A program made the position numbers and the translations under genes. From the human T2T-CHM13v2.0 reference genome, Homo sapiens, in the NCBI RefSeq assembly GCF_009914755.1, contig NC_060927.1: DNA of 64,000 nt. One strand, written 5' to 3'. Below the pieces are notes generated by a model. The model was given only the letters and a program-made list of their open reading frames with translations, had not been told where the DNA came from and made no database searches. Positions within the stretch are counted from its first letter, which is position 1. Every line of letters starts with the position of its first letter. Of the stretch, positions 14,833 through 32,401 are shown piece after piece.

Positions 14833-15174
14833 AATTTTTGAAAAAAACCTGTAATGCTTTATATGAAGAAAAACTTTAGAACTATCCATTAAAGTATGAT
14901 CAACTTTGCCATACCTATCGTTCTGCTCCCAAAAGTAATCATCTTTTACTGTCACCTTGAAAATAGGTTCCAAAAGCCATAAAACATCAGAGTTATCATT
15001 TACTAAAGTCAATTACAAAATGCCTATGTTGGCTAACATAAATACTTGTCACAAGAGAACTTAGTTTAATCATAAAGAAAACATTCTTAAAGATATTACA
15101 CATGAATTAAGACTCCTGTTAAACATACACTTTACAAGACTATTAGAAATTACTCAATGGAAGTTCAGGTACCA

Positions 15175-15293
15175 CCACAGGTCCCCATTTGACCAGGAAG
15201 GTCCCAGTTCATACCTGTTGTCGTTACATATTACAGTATACTCTTTCATTCTCAAAACTCTCCTGGATTATAAGATAAATTATGTCATTAACC
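15175..15293. mobile_element. MER94-like hAT-Blackjack remnant
   Basis: gtcccagttcatacctgttgtc...ctttcattctcaaaa...gataaattatg resembles the recalled consensus. Confidence 0.55.
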
Positions 15294-16204
15294 TAGTTAT
15301 TAAAATATTTCCTATTAATAAATCGTGTTCCTAGGATTTTATGTTGTAACATTATTTACTTGAAAAGTCTTTCTAACTTAAAAACTTTTAGTGATTCATA
15401 CAGTACCCTACCGGTCACATAGATGCAGTCAGTTACTTATGGCATTCATACCAATATCACCCAAACTCCGTTGCCGTCTAATTCATCTGTTCTCAGAGGT
15501 GCTCTGAATATTTAAGACCCAGGATGGAGGCTTCCCTCTGTCTTAAAGTAGAAAACAGGTTGGAAAGATCTTTTCCTCTTAGTCTCATACTAATTCAGAA
15601 CATCTTTCCTTACTTTTTAAGGTTCCCCAGAATATTTTAAATAATTACATCTAAAAGTTTAGAATTATAATTGATTGCTTTCTTGTCCTTTTTATGCACA
15701 TGTTAAAATGCTTAACTGTGTATTAAAGACTATATTTGGGATTAATAGTGTTTGTGGTCATTTCTATAAAAGCTCAGGCAACAAGCACTTAATCATTCTT
15801 TTAACAATATGTACATGTGTGACCCTGATAACATTATTTTTTTTAAGGAAATTAAATTTTACCTAATAGAGCCCTGGAAATGGCCTTGGGCTTAAGAGTC
15901 AAAAGACCTGATAGGAGTGTTGCACATCCACGAGGCAAACACTATCCCCAAAGCACAAATTCTTCTTTTGTATGTAATTTTTCCTCAACAATACAGTATT
16001 ATAAGAAGAATTAAATCAGAAAATTCAAGAGGCTCAAGTACTTGTCTGCTGTTTAAGAAAGATGACTAAATGTTATACAAAACGAATATACTTTGCAAGT
16101 TAAATATTTAGAGGAAAATACCAGTACTCTCTAAAAAAAGTAAAACAACTTTGGTTAAAAACTACGGAGTACTATCTATGTGTACAAAACTGTAATGGGC
16201 TACA

Positions 16205-16420
16205 CAGAAAGGCCTTTGAGTCAGAGTAAATGAGTCCTAATGCGAGCCCCACCACTTTCAGCTGTGTGGCAATCAGCAAGCTACTTAACATCTCTAAGTC
16301 TCTATTTCTTCAACTCGAAAATGAACAGTAGTTATATCACTGTGAAGATCAACGAATAATCCATGTAAAAGATATGAGCTCTGTATCTGCACATAAGAAA
16401 TCAACAATGCTAAGTATTAT
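16205..16420 (+). mobile_element. MIR
   Basis: tttgagtcaga...gcaagctacttaacatctctaagtctctatttcttca core. Confidence 0.7.
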
Positions 16421-19024
16421 TATAAAAGTCTACATTAATGTCTCTTTTCAAAAACAAGTCCTAAAAAGTTATTTTGATGTCATAAGAAAATTTCACATGT
16501 GCATGTGTGTCTGTGCACATATCTGTGTATCTTCCAAGGAAAGATCACTTAGATGACACAGCTAGCACTCCCCAAATATATGTTAATAATAGGGGCTGGG
16601 TAGATTATTCAATACTGGAGAAGGAAGCTTTTTTTTCTTTCTTTCTTTTTTTTTCAAAAGAAGACCACATTGGCATTACTGAAGCACATTTAAAAAGAAA
16701 ATGCCATATCTAATAGTATCTGTGGTTGTTCATCTCCAGAAAAGACACAGATATGTATGACACACACATTTCTAAATCCATGTATATAAATCAAAGGAAA
16801 ACACTTCCTTTAAGGCAAGCATATGAAGATACTAAAGGAACATTCCAATTAAATATTCATATATTCAATATTTCAAAATAAGAAATTTGGATATATGTAT
16901 GCATAATTTACAATTTTATAGTGAAACCTGTCTACAGAGGCCATTTTCACTATATTTCAGTAGCATCTCAACTTGAAATGTACAATGCAGTTTCTCTCTG
17001 AAGTGTGAAAACTGTAAAGTACATACTAATTCACTGCAAGCAAACACAAAATAAAGACCATGTTGTGCATATGGCACTCACCCGAATGACTACTTTAACC
17101 TATTCATTAAACCCTTTCAATAAGAGAGCCCTAATAACTGCTCTATGTTACGAAATAGAATCAGAAATGATCTTAAATTTGATTAAAAATAGAAACTTCA
17201 CACAAGAGAATTATTAACTAAGTCAAAGAAACTACAGCTTGCATTTATAAAGCTCTTTGTCCATTTTCATTCATTAAATATAAAAATTTCCATAAGAAAT
17301 ATGTCATTATGACTGACATACACAATTTATATAGAAAGATTTATATAAACAGCCTGATGTTTTCCCAATACAAATATAAGGTGGATTTAAAAAAACAAAG
17401 ATTACAGCAGTCAAATTTATTCGTCAAGAATCCAAATCTGAGTTGGACTTCATTTCTCTGAACTGTCCTAAAAACATTCCAGTAGTAGAACAGATTTGCC
17501 ATTAAAATAAAATAACCAAGACTTATTCATTTTAAAACAAGTAAGAAATGCAGATCTGTTCTTTAAAGACACAAAGGGTAATGCAGACTGAGGTTTACAT
17601 GTTCAATCACTGTTTATAAATGATAGGCTATATCATTAATTTGTAAGTGACTCTAAAATGAGTATGCACATAATACACAAACATTCTACCACTGGTAACT
17701 CTAAATAGGTAAATTTAAAGCTAAAAAAAGCTGAAATTTTATCTCTGCCATAAATTTAAAAAAAATCCATGAGCATTGCAATGACTATACTTTTGCCTTA
17801 GAGCTGATACTTTAATTTTCAAGAACCACAAAGAAAAAAATCAAAACTAGTCAGTAACAATGCAGCGTCTAAAAGCAATAAACTCAAAATTAACTTATAA
17901 ATAATTTAAAGGATGTCGTGAAGATGTATTAATAATTCATCAGATAAATAATTTACTAAATAATCAAATAAATAAATAATGAAATACATAAATAAAACAG
18001 CAAATAAATAATTCTGCAAAATAACCTAAATAATAAGTCACCCAAACATATCACAACCTACAAAGCTACAATGATTTTCCGGATTTTGATAATTTAAATA
18101 AGCAAATGTACATAAGTTAGATCAATCCTTGTTAGAATTAGAAATATTTTTCAATACTATTGGTAAAATCCTCATCTCAATACATATGAACACATTTTCA
18201 ATGTTTAAAAGACTGCATAGGATTAGTTCTCATACATCATTAATATAATTATAATACAACTGCCTTGATATTATATATATCTTTCTCTAACATATTTTCC
18301 CTCAAACAACTGGACACTCAAGACATTCTTAACTTACACTTCTTTTTCAAAGAAATACCTACAATATAATAATGCTACAGCCTTTCTGACAGTTTTCCTA
18401 TCTTCACCAAATCTTTAGAAATTTTCTGCAGGAGAATAAGAAGAAGAGCCTTAATTATTACAGATGGCATTTCATTCACTAGTGGACAATGTTTTACAAT
18501 TCTAAAAATAATGGGAAGTCGACATTATTAGTCATAAACTATGTCAAGATTTTTAGAAGTCTTCAGTGGACTAACTTCAACTTGACAGTATCCAACTTTC
18601 TCTATTGGGGCTGACACACAAGCTGTTACAATTGGCGGGATTTCAGACGTGAAAGACAAAAACTTCAAAGGACAAAGTGATTGGCTGACATCTAATGCTA
18701 TCTTCAATCTGGGAAGCTCAAAGTCCTTGAAAGAACACGATGAGATCCCTTAACTGTTACAATCTGAATGTAGTCACAATCTAATTAGGGTACCATAAAG
18801 GGTCAAAACACAACTGACCTCATAAATCAGCCTTCATTTAACAAAGGTTTTATCTACCCATAGTATAGCATTCTTTATATCCTTAAATAGTAGATCCCAA
18901 GTTATGATAGCTGTTCCCATAGAAATAATAACTTTGTGATAGGTTTTTGACACACTGAAGGGACTACATTAAAACAATATAGTACGCTTGAAGAGAAGGA
19001 AATTAACCTAATTTACTAATTAAA

Positions 19025-19150
19025 GTGTTTTATATAATTTATCTTAGTGAATTCTCACAACAATCTTTCAAGTTAGGTAACATTTTACCTATTTTTCAGT
19101 AAAGGAAACTGAGGCCCAGTAAAATTATGTATACTGCCTACAGTGCCCAA
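19025..19150 (-). mobile_element. MIR
   Basis: attctcacaacaatc...aggaaactgaggcccag. Confidence 0.65.
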
Positions 19151-19277
19151 GTGGCAGGAAAGATCCACATTTTGCCTACACAATCTTCAGTGGGAAGATT
19201 CATTAAGCTATAGAGCCCTTAAATTTAGGCCAAACCTGAAAAATTTAGAAAATTCTAAAACACCTATATTGTTAAAG

Positions 19278-19488
19278 CATGGGTTCTCAACTAAGGGTGA
19301 CTTTGTTTCTTAAGGGACATTTGGCAATGCGTGGAGGCATTTTGCGTGTCACAACTAGGGAGAATTACTGACATCTAGTGGGTAGAGGTCAGGGATGCTG
19401 CTAAACATCCTACAATGCACAGGATGGCTCCTACAACAAGGAATTATCTAGCCTAAAATGTTAGTAGTGATGAGGGTAGGAAACCCTG
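19278..19488 (+). mobile_element. MER20 (hAT-Charlie)
   Basis: gggacatttggcaatg...catctagtgggtagaggtcagggatgctgctaaacatcctacaatgcac...aaaccctg. Confidence 0.9.
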
Positions 19489-19982
19489 AATTAAAGTAAC
19501 ATGTATGGTTTTCCTATTACAAAATAATATATATTTGGTTAATAGATGTAGAGTCTTTTTTCTATGTATAATATGTATAGTGAAATATCCTGGATAAAAA
19601 AAGTGTATCCTTGGGAGACCGGGTATATGGGAACCCTTTGTACTTTCTGCTCCATTTTTCTCTAAAGCTAAAACTGCTCAAAAACTATCTTATTTTTTCA
19701 AATATGTATTCTTCACTTATATGACTAAAGTTATGATTACCTTTCTTAGAATCAATATTAAACAGTAAGTCTACAGTCATAAAAAATGTTTTCTAAAAAT
19801 TTCATATATCAAAATGTTTTCAACAAGTTAATATGAGAGCATTAAAAGCTAAATTTAGCCAGACATGGTGGCTCACACCTGTAATCCCAACACTTTAAGA
19901 AACCAAGGAATGACAAAAATGTATGTTTCCTTATATTTGACCTGTTATATTATCATATAGAGGCTTTAAATAATAGCATACT

Positions 19983-20460
19983 TTGTCAGCTAGGATTAGG
20001 TCACATCCCTCCCAAATCAATAAAAATAATAATCAAATAATAACAAGGAGAGGGGGAAAAAAGGAGGGAGGAGACAAATTTATTTCTCCCATGTAAATGT
20101 CCAGAAGAAGAAAATCACAGGCTGATATGGCAGCTCCAACTATAAGGGGCCCAAGTTCCTTCCACCTTTTTGCTCTACCGTACAGTTTCTATTCAAAGTC
20201 ACCTCATATTCCAAGAAGGCTATGAGAATTGCAGCTAATCTACCTACATTGCAGGCAGCAGGAAGAAGTCTGAAAGGAGAAGAAAAGCCCTCCCTATTCT
20301 CTTATCTCACACAATATTCCACCTTATATCTTATAAACCATAAACTTAGCCCTTTGGTCACACTTAACCACTTGGAAGGCCAGGCAATGTAGTCTGTAAC
20401 ACTGTCAATATACTCAGCTATAAAACTGGGATTCTTTTGTAACTAAGGAAGACAGAATAA
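19983..20460 (-). mobile_element. Old MLT1 (J/K-like) LTR remnant
   Basis: tttatttctc...ggctgatatggcagctcc...gtcacctca...acttagc...gcaatgtagtct motifs. Confidence 0.5.
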
Positions 20461-21827
20461 ATTTTGTGAGGTGAATTAAAATAGGCAGACTGCAGTAAAA
20501 GTTACAACTCTTCAAAGAAAATGAAAGAGGTACTGAAAGATTTTCATTAGAGAAGTTCACTGCAAATTAATGAAAATGAAGGAAAAGATATTTAACAATA
20601 GAAGAATGGTTAAATTTAGGGATAATCTTAGAATCGAATGCTATGATTTCACTAAATATCACTTTGAAGAATTTTACTGATATGGAGAACTGTTCACAGT
20701 ATTAAATAAAAAAATATAAACTATTTCATATACAATAACCCATTTCATACCAATATACATATATACAAATACATATACTAGTATATATATACACATACAT
20801 ATAGGCCCATCATATAGCTATATCTAGAGAGACTGAGACCATATAAAACTTAAGAAAATAAAAACTAAACTGATACTAGTGGTTTAGCTCTCCTTTGAGG
20901 AATTGTAACTAAATTTTACTTTATCCATACATTTCATTAATTTCTAGTTTTTCTACAATGAATACATACTATGTGTATTGATTATTTTTCATAAAAATGT
21001 TGGCACAGATGAAGAAGCAATCAGCCACCTTAGAAAAGTGGTTAGGTTCAGGCTTCAATTTATTTTATTACCTAGAATTCACTGATTTAAACAATGGCAT
21101 GGAGCATCTACATCTGAGCTGTATCTTTACCAACCGGGGCAAAACATAGATGTTTCTCTTTAGGCAGTACTAAGAAGCCAACTTCTCTGTGCCCAACTTG
21201 TATTCAACTTACTAGCATTCACATATCACGTTTGTCAGCTTTGCACAAGTCACTCCTAACCAGATGCTACATCCATCATTCCTAACAATGTACCCCGACA
21301 TATTGATTACTTTGCTCATCTCATTCTGTGGAACTAATCGTTTGTCCTTCATGCTTCTACAAATCCTTCCACTTTCTATATTTCTCAGCCTATTTTTAAA
21401 ATTTCTACCCTACTGTACATTTTTCTGGTTACTTGTATAATGAACACATCTAACATAAATTATATCTTTCTTATACTTTTAAAACTATCTTGAATTGTCC
21501 CGAATTTTCCAGAGTTACTACTGGGTACACAGAGAATTGTTATATTGGCATTAATTCCATTGGCTGAAACTCCATAATTACCATTAATAGAGTCTCATAA
21601 TTTAGAATGCTTCAAAATTTTCCATATTTTCTAGAGTGATTTACTTTCCAAAATCCCCATTATCACCATAAAAGAAATGGAAAAACAAAGGAAAAGACAT
21701 TCAAAGCTACTAACAAGTGCATGGAGTTGGCCAAAATAGCAAACAAACAAAAAAGTGAAATAGATGGACCCAGTCCTCTAGAAAATGCGTTAGACACTCA
21801 CAACAAAGTCCGGGCACAATGGCTCAC

Positions 21828-22110
21828 GACTGTAATCCCAGCACTTTGGGAGGCCAAAGTGGGCAGATTGCTTCAGTCCAGGAATTTGAGATCAGTGGAC
21901 AACATGGCGAAACCCCGTCTATTCTAAAAATACAAAAAATTAGCTAGGCATGGTGCTGTGTGCCTATGGCCCCAGCTAGCCAGGAGGCTGAAGCTGGAGG
22001 ATCGCTTGAGTTGGGAAGGTCAAGGCTGCAGTGGGCCCTGCCTGGGCGACAGAGTGAGACCCTGTCTCAAAAAAAAAAAAAAAAAAGAAAAGAAAAAGAG
22101 AAAAAAGGGA
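21828..22110 (+). mobile_element. AluJ (internal deletion in right arm)
   Basis: Alu body plus A-tail. Confidence 0.88.
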
Positions 22111-22261
22111 GGGAGGGGAATTCATAACAAAATGTAATAAAAGATAAATGTATAATCCAGACAATGTATACTACAGAAAATCCAGCAGGTAAAAAGTCAC
22201 ATCAGGCAGGGATAATCAGAAATGCCTCTGTGTCTCAGATCAAAATCATACAGGAATACAA

Positions 22262-22495
22262 TAGTAGTTGTCAACTATGGAAGACACTGCCCCCAGGGGA
22301 CATTTGGCAATGTCTAGAAAAACTTTAGGTTGTTCCAAATGAGAAATATAACTTGCATCTGGTGAGTAGTGGCCAGGGATGCAGCTGAACATACCTAAAC
22401 CTATCATCCCTAAACATACCTAAACATACAACAAACAGGATAGGACCCCTCCCCCCAAAAAATCAGTTATTCAGCCCAAAACGTCAACAGTGCTA
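22262..22495 (+). mobile_element. MER20
   Basis: ccccaggggacatttggcaatgtctag...gccagggatgcagctgaacat...gcccaaaacgtcaacagtgc. Confidence 0.8.
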
Positions 22496-22761
22496 GAAGG
22501 ACCAGTATGAGCGAAAAAGAAGAGATAGCATTTAATCAGTATAAAAGGATATGAATAAAAGAATTGTTGCTATAATACATGATGCTTTAATAAGTCATAA
22601 CATGGCCAACAAAAAAACAGTGGGAAACAAGACTAGAAAACATAACAAGGAGTAGATTGTGATGGCCTATACAAGAATGACAAACCAAAGAAATATGGAA
22701 AAATAACCATTATAATAAGAATATAAGAGAACTGAAGCATAAAAATAGCCATATTTTATAA

Positions 22762-23078
22762 CAGGGGTCTCCAACCCCTGGGGCCACAGACAAGCAAGCA
22801 AAGCTTCATCTGTATTTACAGCTGCTCCCCATTGCTCACATTACCACCTGAGCTCTGCCTCCTGTCAGAACAGCAGTGGCATTAGATTCTCATAAGACTG
22901 CTAAACCTTTTGTGAACTGTACATGTGAGCGATCTAGGTTGCGTGCTCCTTATGAGAATCTAATGCCTGGTGATCTAAGGTGGAACAGTTTCATCCGAAA
23001 ACCATATCTCCACCCCCATCCATGGAAAAACTGTCTTCCACAAAACTGGTCCCTGGTGCCAAAAAGGGGGGACTGCTG
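22762..23078 (+). mobile_element. MER1B-type hAT-Charlie
   Basis: TIRs caggggtctccaacc / gggggactgctg; TSD ttttataa / ctttataa. Confidence 0.9.
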
Positions 23079-23760
23079 CTTTATAAGACTAAATTGTAGA
23101 TAGACAGGGACACTGCTTTCCAGCAGTACGTAAAGCTAGATATCTTGAGACTATTCAAATCTAACTTTAAAACAGAGGAAAAAAAATCTGTTTAAGGGTT
23201 TAGTTAGCAAGAAAGTACAGTATACATATAAGCTATAAATAAAGGAGAAACCTTACAAAACAGTAAGCCAACAGAAGAAACCAGCTCTCATTCTAACGTT
23301 GGTAAAACTGAGCTTACATTTTGATGGCTGCACAAGGCTTAGGAAACAAGATTTTAAGGAGTCTATCACAAGAAAACACCTATATAAAGTTGGTGCTCTC
23401 AAGGGGTACATCCTCATGTTAACAGCAATGAGGAACCACAAAGATCTCCCTCCTGTAACACCTTTATAGTCACACCGACCCCCGATCCCTGGCACTCCCA
23501 CCATTCCTAATTCCTGGCAACCATTAATCTGTATTCCATCTCTATAATTTTGTCACTTCTAGAATGTTTTATCAATTCTCCTGCAACTGTAACCACAAAG
23601 TGGCCTTCACAAAGGTTCTCACACTAAATTCACACTACTTGTATGATCCAATAAATTTCATAGGAGATCCAATAAATTCCATATTTAAAGCATTCTTAAT
23701 CTGCTAGGCAGGCAACTGGAGAAAGCACAGGCAAATGCTCCACGAAAGAAAATGACTTCA

Positions 23761-24086
<326 letters not shown>

Positions 24087-24318
24087 TCAACCCAAGCCTT
24101 AATCAATCCAACACCTTTCCAAGATATACTACCGAAGTAGAAACAAAAAAAAAAAATTCAAGGATTCCACACACAACAAAAGAGAGCCATCACAAAAAAG
24201 ACATGGCAAAATTAACATACAGATTATTCCACTGTTGGAAAGAGCATACAGTAAGAATGTTTTAAGCAATAATATCTATATAAAACATAAAACTTCAAGA
24301 AATAAAAAACATAAGTAC

Positions 24319-24616
24319 TTTTTTTCTTTTTTTTGAGATGAGGCCTCGTTCTGTCACGCAGGCTGAAGTGCAGTGGAGCAATCTCGGATCACTGCAGCCT
24401 CCACCTCTCAGGTTCAAATGGCCTCCTGCCTCAGCCTCCCAAGACGGTGGGTTTACAAGCATCTGCCACCATGCCCAGCTAATTTTTGTATTTTTAGTAG
24501 AGACGGGATTTCGCCATGTTGGCCAGCATGCTCCCAAACTCCTAATCTCAGGTGATCCACCCGCCTCAGCCTCCCAAAGTGCTGGGATTACAGGTATGAG
24601 TCACCACACCCAGCCT
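24319..24616 (-). mobile_element. AluS
   Basis: Full Alu, T-tail first. Confidence 0.92.
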
Positions 24617-25071
24617 AAAATTTTTAATTCAGTGTAAAAGTGCAAGAGTTGAATAGAGAAAGAATTAGTGAATTAATTCTTAAAAATCCATCTAAAATGC
24701 AATTCAAAGACACAGAAAAAAACTATGTAAGAGCAGTCAAGAGATACAAAGAATAGAATAAAAGAGGTCTAAACAAAATACTTCTAAATCTACCTGTGAT
24801 ACAGGAGACCGTTTTTTAAATTGCCAATCCATTGGAGAGAAAAACTTTTGTAAAATGCAATGAAAATTAATTTTTTTAAAAATTATATGCTTATTAGGTA
24901 ATGTCAATTAGATATAAAAGTTTCTAAATGCTTTCTCTGAATTTGTCTTTACTTCTTCACAGACCAGTAAAATCAGTTTGCAGACCAGCACTGATCTGAA
25001 GATCACAGGTTGAGTACCAATGGTCTAAAACACAAGTAGATCAGAATTATAAAAGGATATAAACGAATATA

Positions 25072-25207
25072 GGCCAGGCACGGTAGTTCACACTTGTAAT
25101 CCCAGCACTTTGGGAAGCCAAGGCAGGCAGATCACTTGAACCCAAGAGTTCAAGACCAGCCTGGGCAACATGGCAAGAACCTGCCTCTACAAAAAATACA
25201 AACATTA
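25072..25207 (+). mobile_element. AluJ left arm (Alu split by the L1 insertion)
   Basis: Left monomer ends at the A-rich linker. Candidate Alu TSD aacgaatata (25062-25071) / aaagaatata (33874-33883). Confidence 0.85.
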
Positions 25208-25330
25208 CATGGGCGGAGCCCCCTTGGCATATGAGGCTCTGCACTGCCCTGGGAGTGTAAAGTCCTCACCAGCAAAAAGGCTCTCATCAGATGTGAACCC
25301 TTGACCTTGGACTTCTCAGCCTTAAAGCCT
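25208..25330 (+). mobile_element. Isolated fragment of an ERVL-MaLR (MST-type) LTR
   Basis: gtcctcaccagcaaaaaggctctcatcagatgtgaacccttgaccttggacttctcagcc resembles the MST LTR 3' half. Confidence 0.7.
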
Positions 25331-25618
25331 AGATCCCTTCCAAGATGGCCAAATAGGAACAGCTTCAGTCTGCAGCTCCCAGAGTGACGGACGCAGAAGA
25401 CGGGTGATATCTGCATTTCCAACTGAGGTACCTGGTTCATCTCATTGGGACTGGTTGGACATTGGGTGCAGCCCACGGAAGGCAAGCTGAAGCAGGGTGG
25501 GGCATTGACTCAACCGGGAAGTGCAAGGGGTCAGGGATTTCCCTTTCCTAGCCAAGGGAAGCCGTGACAGACTGTACCTGGAAAAACGTAACACTCCCAC
25601 CCAAAAACTGCGCTTTGC

Positions 25619-25768
25619 TCAAGGTCTTAACAACCGGCAGACAAGGAGATTCTCTCCTGTGCCTGGCTCGGTGGTTCCCACACCCACGGAGCCTTGCTCA
25701 CTGCTAGCGCAGCAGTCTGAGATTGAACCACGAGGCGGCAGCCTGGCTGGGGGAGGGGCGTCCCCCAT
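25619..25768 (-). CDS. L1 ORF0 homolog (antisense 5'UTR ORF), truncated at 49 aa
   Basis: MGDAPPPARLPPRGSISDCCASSEQGSVGVGTTEPG resembles the recalled ORF0 MAGAPPPASLPPCSLISDCCAS. ATG at 25768 in GCGATGG context. Confidence 0.5.
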   Translation of the reverse strand: MGDAPPPARLPPRGSISDCCASSEQGSVGVGTTEPGTGENLLVCRLLRP

Positions 25769-26354
25769 CGCTGAGGCTTCAGTAGGTAAACAAAGCTGCC
25801 AGGAAGCTCGAACTGGGCGGAGCCCACTGCAGCTCAGCACACCCTGCAGCCGCTAGACTCCACCTCCGTACACAGGCCTTAGCTGGACAAAAGGCAGCAG
25901 ACAACTTCTGCAGATTTAAACGTCCCTGTCTGACGGCTCTGAAGAGAGCAGTGGTTCTCCCAACACAGCGTTTGAGCTCTGAGAATGGATGGACTGCCTC
26001 CTCAATTGGGTCCCTGAACCCGTGTAGCCAAACTGGGAGACACCTACCAGTAGGGGCCGACAGACACCTCATATAACCGGGTGCCCCTCTGGGACGAAGC
26101 TTCCAGAGGAAGGATCAGGCAGGTTCTGCAATATTTGCTGTTCTGCAGCCTCCGCTGGTGATACCCAGGCAAACAGAGTCTGGAGTGGACCTCCAGCAAA
26201 CTCCAACAGACCTGCAGCTGAGGGACCTGACTGTTAGAAGGAAAACTAACAAACAGAAAGGAATAGCATCAACACCAACAAAAAGGACATCTACACCAAA
26301 ACCTCATCTGCAGGTCACCAACATCAAAGACCAAAGGTGGATAAAATCACAAAG

Positions 26355-27379
26355 ATGGGGAGAAACCAGAGCAGAAAAGCTGAAAATTCCAAAAATCAGA
26401 GTGCCTCTTCTCCTCCAAAACATTGCAGCTCCTTGCCAGCAATGGAATAAAGCTGTACAGAGAACGACTTTGACAAGTTGACAGAAGTAGGCTTCAGAAG
26501 GTCAGTAATAACAAACTTTTCCGAGCTAAAGGAGCATGTTTGAACACATCGCAAGGAAGCTAAAAACCTTGAAAAAATGTTAGATGAATGGCTAACTAGA
26601 ACAAACAGTGTAGAGAAGACCTTAAATGATGTCATGGAGATGAAAACCATGGCATGAGAACTACGCAACGCATGCACAAGCGTCAACAGCCGATTTGATC
26701 AACTAGAAGAAAGGGTATCAGTGATTGAAGATCAAATCAATGAAACAAAGCAAGAAGACAGGGTTAAAGAAAAAAGAGTAAAAAGAAACAAACAAAGCCT
26801 CCAAGAAATATGTGACTGTGTGAAAAGACCAAATCTACATTTGATTGGTGTACCTGAAAGTGATGGGGAGAATGGACCCAAGTTGGAAAACAGTCTTCAG
26901 GATATTATCCAGGAAAAATTCCCCAACCTAGCAAGGCAGGCCAACATTCAAATTCAGGAAATACAGAGAACACCATAAAGATACTCCTCAAGAAGAGCAA
27001 CCCCAAGACACATAATTGTCAGATTCACTAAGGTTGAAATGAAGGAAAAAATGTTAAAGGCAGCCAGAGAGAAAGGTCGAGTTACCCACAAAAGGAAGCC
27101 CATCAGACTAACAGCGGATCTCTCGGCAGAAACCCTACAACCCAGAAGACAGTGGGGGCCAATATTCAACATTCTTAAAGAAAGAATTTTCAACCCAGAA
27201 TTTCATATCCAGCCAAACTAAGCTTCATAAATAAAGGAGAAATAAAATCCTTTACACACAAGCAAATGCTGAGAGATTCTGTCACCACCAGGCCTGCCTT
27301 ACAAGAGCTCCTGAAGGAAGCACTAAACACGGAAAGAAACAACCGGTACAAGCCACTGCAAAAACATGCCAAATTGTAA
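26355..27379 (+). pseudogene. L1 ORF1 (disrupted)
   Basis: Fragments 26721-26978 (KRPNLHLIGVPE) and 27039-27221 (KEKMLKAAREKG), with in-frame stops between them. Confidence 0.9.
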
Positions 27380-27442
27380 AGACCATCAATGCTATGAAGA
27401 AACTGCATCAATTAAAGGGCAAAATAACCAGCGAACATCATA

Positions 27443-31784
<4,342 letters not shown>

Positions 31785-32401
31785 GAGATTTTTAAAATTA
31801 CCATAATAATTGACCTATTATCCTCTATGAGTCTCATCATCTGATAAAGATTTATTCTCAATTATATAAAAATCATCAGTTATTGTTAAATAAGAAACTC
31901 AGTATATGTAGACTCCTCCAGTCTCTTGGATTTACATATATAGTTTTAATTGTCCAATAATATTGTAAAAGTTAATATCCTTTCAATGTATCTGATTTAA
32001 AATTACCACAGAGTATTGTGGGATTAAAGGAGTACTGTGTCAAGGGAAAAAAAAAAAAAAGAAAGAAAGTTTTCTCATCTATTCTGGTGACACTGTGGCT
32101 GACAGTATCTACTTTAAAATGGAAGTGAGAAAATCCAGCACCCGGATTTGAACCGGGGACCTCTTGATCTGCAGTCAAATGCTCTGCCCCCTGAGATATA
32201 CCCCCTTCACCTGTTAGAAGCTCCTTCCTTGTCCACTTATGGTGACTCAATACAATCAAGTTCCACCCACACTAGAGTTCTGGCAAGCTATGTGTTCTAA
32301 AGCCCCACCTTCTTAATTATCCATCATCTGCTTTGGCTTGTCCCTTGGCCACTAATAAACTGAAAGGGAACACTTGAAAAATGACAGACAAAAAAAAAAA
32401 A
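31785..32401 (+). other. L1 3'-transduced unique sequence with terminal poly(A)
   Basis: Non-L1 DNA between the inner L1 tail and the right TSD. AATAAA at 32354-32359 and poly(A) from 32390. Internal ATTAAA at 32023-32028 with an A-run from 32047. Confidence 0.88.
32137..32205 (-). tRNA. tRNA-Cys(GCA) copy, probably a pseudogene
   Basis: GGGGGTATATCTCAGGGGGCAGAGCATTTGACT-GCA-GATCAAGAGGTCCCCGGTTCAAATCCGGGTGCT. Anticodon at 32170-32172 and B-box intact. D-stem G10>T, and the 3' acceptor strand lacks CCCC. Followed by GGATTTT. Confidence 0.9.

Noticed and set aside
32137-32205. Functional tRNA-Cys gene
   Set aside because: The acceptor stem cannot form and the D-stem is mutated.
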